This document shows, piece by piece, positions 27,682-32,000 of a stretch of DNA of 32,000 nt; position 1 is the stretch's first letter, and every line of letters starts with the position of its first letter. Source of the stretch: Sinorhizobium meliloti (GTDB lineage Bacteria > Pseudomonadota > Alphaproteobacteria > Rhizobiales > Rhizobiaceae); contig NZ_JAGIOS010000001.1 in the NCBI RefSeq assembly GCF_017876815.1, forward strand, positions 1,530,001-1,562,000, read 5' to 3'. The translations under genes and the position numbers were made by a program. Under the pieces are notes generated by a model. It was not told where the DNA came from. It was given only the letters and a program-made list of their open reading frames with translations, and ran no database searches.

Positions 27682-27843
27682 GCCCCTCATCCGGCTGCCG
27701 CCACCTTCTCCCCGCCTGCGGGGAGAAGGGACACGCCGCTCTGCCTTGCCCCGCATTCGACGGCGGAAGAGGCCTGGCGTTTGCCGCTTGTCCCCTTCGC
27801 CCCGCTTGCGGGGAGAAGGTGGCCGGCAGGCCGGATGAGGGGC
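27682..27843. repeat. RIME-like composite palindromic repeat (family A), intact 162-bp copy
   Basis: The termini GCCCCTCATCCGGCTGCCGCCACC and GGTGGCCGGCAGGCCGGATGAGGGGC are inverted repeats. Each arm carries a hairpin (CCTTCTCCCCGCCTGCGGGGAGAAGG and CCCCTTCGCCCCGCTTGCGGGGAGAAGG). It fills the gap between the convergent genes bfr and rppH. Confidence 0.8.
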
Positions 27844-27862
27844 GACATGCCGGTCTTTTCTC

Positions 27863-28366
27863 TCACCGCACCAAATGCGAAAACGCAGCGACGACCTCTT
27901 CATAGGCCCTGCGCTTGAAGGGCACGATCGAGCCCGGAAGTTCGTGCATGGGCTTCCATTCCCAGGCGTCGAATTCCGGCTCGTGGCCGCCGGGCGGCGG
28001 GTTGATGGCGATCTCGCTCTCGTCGCCCTCGAAGCGGAAGGCGTACCAGCGCTGCCTTTGGCCGCGGTACTTGCCCTTGAGGCCGATCCCGATCAGGTGC
28101 GACGGAAGGTCGTAATGGATCCAGTCCGGCGCCTCTGCGAGGAGCGAGACCGAGCGGATGCCGGTCTCCTCGTAAAGTTCGCGACAGGCGGCCTCGAGCG
28201 GGTCCTCGCCCTCGTCGATGCCGCCTTGCGGCATCTGCCAGAGCTGCGGCGAACCGTCATATTCGGAATTGCCGACGGCGAGCCGGTGCCCGGCCCAGAC
28301 AAGTCCCTGCCGGTTGAGAACCATGACGCCGACACATGGCCGATAGGGCAGATCCTCAGCCGTCAT
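27863..28366 (-). CDS. rppH: RNA pyrophosphohydrolase (Nudix)
   Basis: Exact Nudix box [23 protein letters not shown] and the N-terminus [18 protein letters not shown]. Start is ATG 28366 (AAGGGG 6 nt upstream) or ATG 28390 (AGGAAGGA upstream). Confidence 0.9.
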   Translation of the reverse strand: MTAEDLPYRPCVGVMVLNRQGLVWAGHRLAVGNSEYDGSPQLWQMPQGGIDEGEDPLEAACRELYEETGIRSVSLLAEAPDWIHYDLPSHLIGIGLKGKYRGQRQRWYAFRFEGDESEIAINPPPGGHEPEFDAWEWKPMHELPGSIVPFKRRAYEEVVAAFSHLVR

Positions 28367-28450
28367 GACGCGCCCCTTATCCTTCCCCATATCGTCCTTC
28401 CTTTGCATGTTGCCGCGAGCCGTATGACCCGGTGGTCTACTGCGCTTAAA

Positions 28451-29653
28451 TCAGTTTTGTTTCGGATCTTTGACGAGTGCGGCCACGCCGACCACCTCGA
28501 TGCCCCGTCCGCCGGCTTCTTCGAACCATTCGGCAATGGCCGCCACGCTTTCATCGAAGGCGGAAGCAACCCCGATCGCGGTGCCGTTCCTCCGCGCGAT
28601 CCGCTCCAGCTCGTCCAGCCTGCGCAGGACGGCATTGCGGCTGAGTTCGCCATCGAGCACGAGATCGGCAAAACCGTGCGGCACCTCGAAGGCCCCGGCG
28701 AGCGTTCCCGAGAGCGATTGCGCCGACGTCCCGTCGTCCAGGAACAGAAGGCCCCGCTTGCCGAGATCGCGCATGACCGGCTCGAGCGCATCCGCATTGG
28801 AGAGAAAACGGCCCCCGAGATAGTTCATGACGCCGGTGTAGTTGGTGATCTGTCCCATGCTGCGATGCAGTTCCGCAAGGTTCTTCCCGGCATCGGAAGA
28901 AACGCGCAGCGCGTGCGGGCCCGGATCGTTGGTGGCGTAATCGAATGGTTCCATCGGCACCTGCAGCAGGATCTCGTGGCCGTCACGCCTCGCCTCCTGC
29001 ATCCAGCGCTGCAGGCTGTTTCCGGCCGCAGCGAAGGCGAGCGTCACTTCCGGCGGCAGATCGCGGATGGCGCGCTGCGTGCCCGTCTGGCTGAGGCCGA
29101 GGCCGCCGACGACGATGGCGATCCGCGTTCCGCGCGCGCCGGACCAGGGGCGCGCATACTGCTCCATCGGCCTCAGCCCGTCCGGGCCGATGACCGGCAG
29201 GCGGCCTTCGGGGCGGTCTTCCAGCAGGCTTTCATTCGGAAGGGCTGCCATGCGGGGGTCCTGTCCGCGCGTCGCCTCGACATCGATCAGTGCGGGGCCG
29301 CCGGTTTCGCGCGAACGCGGCGTGTATTTCCTGACCGTCGCGCCATCATCGGTCAGAACGTCCTCGACATGTGCGCCGGAGAGAGCACCGCTCCGGTGGA
29401 GCGCCCCGGGCCCGTTGCCTTGGCCCTCTGAGGATGGCGCTGGTTCGGTGGCGAGGGTTGCTTCGGTCGCTGCGGGCATTGCAGGCGAACGGGTCTGGTG
29501 ACCGGGAGAAAGGGCGCTCCATGCCGAGATACCGATGACCGCAAGGGCTCCCAGACCGAGGCCGCAATAGCGCAGGACGCGACCGAGATCGCGCTTGCGT
29601 GCCGGGCTCTCCTTCCGGTTCTGGCCCAGGGGGGCATTGAGGTCAGTTGCCAA
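28451..29653 (-). CDS. divergent polysaccharide deacetylase (YibQ/DUF610-like) with N-terminal membrane anchor
   Basis: C-terminal domain ..RIAIVVGGLGLSQTGTQRAIRDLPPEVTLAFAAAGNSLQRWMQEARRDGHEILLQVPMEPFDY.. is typical of the YibQ family, and there is one TM helix near the N-terminus. TTG start with GAGG 6 nt upstream. No in-frame ATG occurs before the TM helix. Confidence 0.82.
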   Translation of the reverse strand: MATDLNAPLGQNRKESPARKRDLGRVLRYCGLGLGALAVIGISAWSALSPGHQTRSPAMPAATEATLATEPAPSSEGQGNGPGALHRSGALSGAHVEDVLTDDGATVRKYTPRSRETGGPALIDVEATRGQDPRMAALPNESLLEDRPEGRLPVIGPDGLRPMEQYARPWSGARGTRIAIVVGGLGLSQTGTQRAIRDLPPEVTLAFAAAGNSLQRWMQEARRDGHEILLQVPMEPFDYATNDPGPHALRVSSDAGKNLAELHRSMGQITNYTGVMNYLGGRFLSNADALEPVMRDLGKRGLLFLDDGTSAQSLSGTLAGAFEVPHGFADLVLDGELSRNAVLRRLDELERIARRNGTAIGVASAFDESVAAIAEWFEEAGGRGIEVVGVAALVKDPKQN

Positions 29654-29760
29654 ACGGGGCCTCGGTCGAGCTTCGATCCTGGCGCGAATCGCCGCTGGCC
29701 ATGACGATGGACTTGAAGGAGGCCAGAATCATCGCACATGCGGCTGCATGCCGATGGATA

Positions 29761-29793
29761 ATATAAAGGCGCCGGGTTGAACAGCCCGGCGCC
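29761..29793 (-). terminator. intrinsic terminator after ctpA
   Basis: The minus strand reads GGCGCCGGG-CTGTTCAA-CCCGGCGCC followed by TTTATAT, about 40 nt past the ctpA stop. Confidence 0.75.
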
Positions 29794-29834
29794 TCCTTGA
29801 TTCATGTTGCCCAGAACTCTGCGGGTGAGGGGGG

Positions 29835-31157
29835 CTATTCCTTCAGCTGCGCCTGTTCCGGATTGGCCGGGAAGGACGGATCCGTCTTCTTGCCGCGCAA
29901 CAGGTCGAACGCATAGTTCAGCTGAATGTCGTCCTTGGTTTCCGGCGGCACGTAAGCTACCGAGCCGGAGCCCTCTTCGGTCTCTTCCTGGCCCGGAATG
30001 TGGCCGCGCAGATCGGATTCGCCCTGCGCTTCCACCTTGCCCAGAAGCTCGGGCGGCAGCGGCTGCTCCACCTTGATGTCAGGCGTGATGCCGGTGCCCT
30101 GGATCGACTTGCCGGACGGCGTGTAATAGAGCGCCGTCGTCAGACGCAGCGCGCCGGCGTCGCCAAGCGGGATGATCGTCTGCACCGAACCCTTGCCGAA
30201 GGAGCGCGTGCCGAGAACGGTGGCGCGCTTCAGGTCCTGGAGAGCGCCGGCCACGATTTCCGACGCGGATGCCGAACCGCCGTTGACGAGCACGACGACG
30301 GGCTTGCCGCCGGCCAGATCGCCCGGGGTCGCATTGAAGCGGCGGGTTTCATCCGGATTGCGGCCGCGGGTCGAAACGACCTCGCCACGCTCCAGGAATG
30401 CGTCCGAGACATTGATCGCCTGGTCGAGCAGGCCGCCCGGATTGAGGCGCAGGTCGAGAACATAGCCCTTGAGCTTGTCCGCGGGAACTTCCGCCTGGAT
30501 CTTCTCGATGCCCTTCTTCAGGTCTTCGAAGGTCTTCTCCGTAAACGAGATGACCCTGAGATAGCCGACATCTCCTTCGACACGGACCTTCACCGCGCGT
30601 ACTGCGATCACGTCGCGTACGATCGTCAGCTCGATCGGCTTTTCGGCTCCCTTGCGCAGGATCGTCAGCTTGATCGGCGTGCCGACGGCACCGCGCATCT
30701 TGTCGACCGCTTCCTCGAGCTTGAGGCCGCGGACGTCCTGACCGTCGATCTTCGAGATGAAATCGCCTGCGAGCACACCGGCGCGCGCGGCGGGCGTGTC
30801 GTCGATCGGACTGGTCACCTTGACGAGATCTTCCTCCATGGTGACCTCGATGCCGAGGCCGCCGAACTCGCCGCGCGTCTGGGTGCGCATATCTTCGGCG
30901 TCGGTCGAATTCATGTAGCTCGAATGCGGGTCGAGAGACGTGAGCATGCCGTTGATCGCGTTCTCGATCAGCTTGTCGTCCTGCGGCGGCGTCACGTATT
31001 GCGCGCGCACGCGCTCGAAGACGTCGCCGAAGATCGCCAGTTCGCGGTATGTCGACGAATTTGCTGCCACGGCCGGCATGGTTGCCGAGTAGACGACGCC
31101 CATCGCCGTCGCGCCCATCAGCGCCCCGACCAGGACAAGTGAAGCTCTACGTATCAT
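29835..31157 (-). CDS. ctpA: S41-family carboxy-terminal processing protease
   Basis: Signal anchor, PDZ region (..GGLGIEV..VTSPIDDTPAARAGVLAGDFI..), and S41 catalytic region (..VVLVNGGSASASEIVAGAL.. and ..TRSFGKGSVQ..). GGAAGGG sits 6 nt upstream of ATG 31157. The track ORF is over-extended by 79 codons. Confidence 0.92.
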   Translation of the reverse strand: MIRRASLVLVGALMGATAMGVVYSATMPAVAANSSTYRELAIFGDVFERVRAQYVTPPQDDKLIENAINGMLTSLDPHSSYMNSTDAEDMRTQTRGEFGGLGIEVTMEEDLVKVTSPIDDTPAARAGVLAGDFISKIDGQDVRGLKLEEAVDKMRGAVGTPIKLTILRKGAEKPIELTIVRDVIAVRAVKVRVEGDVGYLRVISFTEKTFEDLKKGIEKIQAEVPADKLKGYVLDLRLNPGGLLDQAINVSDAFLERGEVVSTRGRNPDETRRFNATPGDLAGGKPVVVLVNGGSASASEIVAGALQDLKRATVLGTRSFGKGSVQTIIPLGDAGALRLTTALYYTPSGKSIQGTGITPDIKVEQPLPPELLGKVEAQGESDLRGHIPGQEETEEGSGSVAYVPPETKDDIQLNYAFDLLRGKKTDPSFPANPEQAQLKE

Positions 31158-32000
31158 TTCGCGCCCTTCCAACCTCTGCTGCGGTCCACCACGGTCGGGA
31201 ATCAACCGGCTTCCCGTCTTTTCTGAATTCAATGTAAAGCGTTGGCCTGTCGGTTTCCAGCGCCAAGGCCGCCGCACTCGCCACTCTTTTTGCACCCATC
31301 GCCGCCACCGGCTCTCCGGCCACGACGAATTGCCCCGGCCGGACGCTGACGTTCTCCATGCCGGCGAGCACGATATGATACCCGTCGCCGGCATTGAGAA
31401 TGATCATCTGCCCGTAGCTGCGGAAACTCCCGGCATAGACGATCCACCCGTCCGCCGGCGTGGTCACCAGCGCGCCTGCATTGGTCTCGAGCATGATCCC
31501 CTGCAGCGAATGCCCTGTTCCGTCCGCGTCGCCAAAACGGCGCACAAGCGAACCCGCAACGGGATAAGCCAGCCGCTCCCGCAGCTCGGAAAAGACATAT
31601 GCCGGCGCAATGCGGTTTTTGTCGGGCACCGCACTCCTGGCGAGCTCCCGCGCAGCCTCGCGTTCGGCCTCGCTCATGCGGCGGCGTTCCTCCTCCTCGG
31701 CGCGGGCGGCGGCGGCCGCTTCGCGCACGGAGGAGATCTCGTTTTCGAGCGATGAGATCAGGCCCCCGAGGTTCTCCGCCTGCAGGGCGAGTTCCTCGGC
31801 CTTGCGCTGTTCGGCCGCCAAATCGGCCGCATTGCGTTGCCTCAGCTTCTCCTTTTCGGCAACGAGCATCGACATGCGCCGCTCTTCCTCGAGCCGGGCG
31901 GTCATTGCCGCGGTCAGTTCCTCGCGTTCCCTGGCGATGCCGCTGCGGATATCCGCAAGCGCCTTCAGGTCGGCGACGAGGCTGTCGGTCTGCTCGCGTA
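31147..32000 (-). CDS. EnvC-like M23/LytM-domain protein (5' end outside window)
   Basis: A coiled-coil, Glu/Arg/Ala-rich N-terminal region is followed by an M23-type beta domain (..GIMLETNAGALVTTPADGWIVYAGSFRSYGQMIILNAGDGYHIVLAGM..). The frame stays open to position 32000, so the ATG at 31905 is probably internal. The stop overlaps the ctpA start by 11 nt. Confidence 0.8.
   Translation of the reverse strand, partial: REQTDSLVADLKALADIRSGIAREREELTAAMTARLEEERRMSMLVAEKEKLRQRNAADLAAEQRKAEELALQAENLGGLISSLENEISSVREAAAAARAEEEERRRMSEAEREAARELARSAVPDKNRIAPAYVFSELRERLAYPVAGSLVRRFGDADGTGHSLQGIMLETNAGALVTTPADGWIVYAGSFRSYGQMIILNAGDGYHIVLAGMENVSVRPGQFVVAGEPVAAMGAKRVASAAALALETDRPTLYIEFRKDGKPVDSRPWWTAAEVGRARNDT

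Noticed and set aside
27875-29431. 518-aa ORF on the + strand, plus similar long antisense ORFs at 30000-31142, 18028-19143, 18611-19888, 15259-16314, 16359-17687, 11898-13082, 4850-6001, 844-1752
   Set aside because: Each lies opposite a gene with clear homology-type motifs. None has an RBS or recognisable domain, so they are treated as GC-driven open frames.

Overview
This is a GC-rich alphaproteobacterial core-chromosome segment. It looks Rhizobiaceae-like, inferred from gene content, GAAC-N7-GAAC / TTAA-N7-TTAAC / ICE-type operators, a SAM-II leader and RIME-like palindromes. It is densely packed with recognisable housekeeping genes. In order: an alpha/beta hydrolase; lolA-ftsK; glnK-amtB; tesB; a UbiH-family flavin monooxygenase; one intact IS4-family insertion sequence; a Trm112 / LON-domain / thioredoxin-TPR cluster; a ProX/YbaK-type deacylase; tRNA-Gly(GCC); a COG0523 metallochaperone GTPase; a short SDR gene remnant; galM; metA with promoter, SAM-II riboswitch and leader terminator; a RidA-family gene; leuD; a small membrane protein; a CitE-like lyase plus DUF1737; a small zincin peptidase; the imuA-imuB-dnaE2 SOS mutagenesis cassette with a LexA box; bfd-bfr; rppH; a YibQ-like deacetylase; ctpA; and an EnvC-like M23 gene that runs off the window. 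Many long ORFs in the six-frame track are antisense shadow ORFs, and several true genes start downstream of the longest-ORF start. The track also uses GTG/TTG starts. Non-coding content is dominated by two dispersed palindromic repeat families sitting at gene ends. I do not see convincing evidence for a novel multi-gene system (defence or otherwise). The items most worth a second look are: (1) the IS lodged exactly inside a repeat-element hairpin; (2) a perfect palindromic CtrA-type box upstream of ftsK; (3) the LexA-box intergenic region shared by imuA and a divergent zincin peptidase; (4) an unusually long imuA/imuB overlap; (5) a Zur-like dyad next to a gene-deletion scar.
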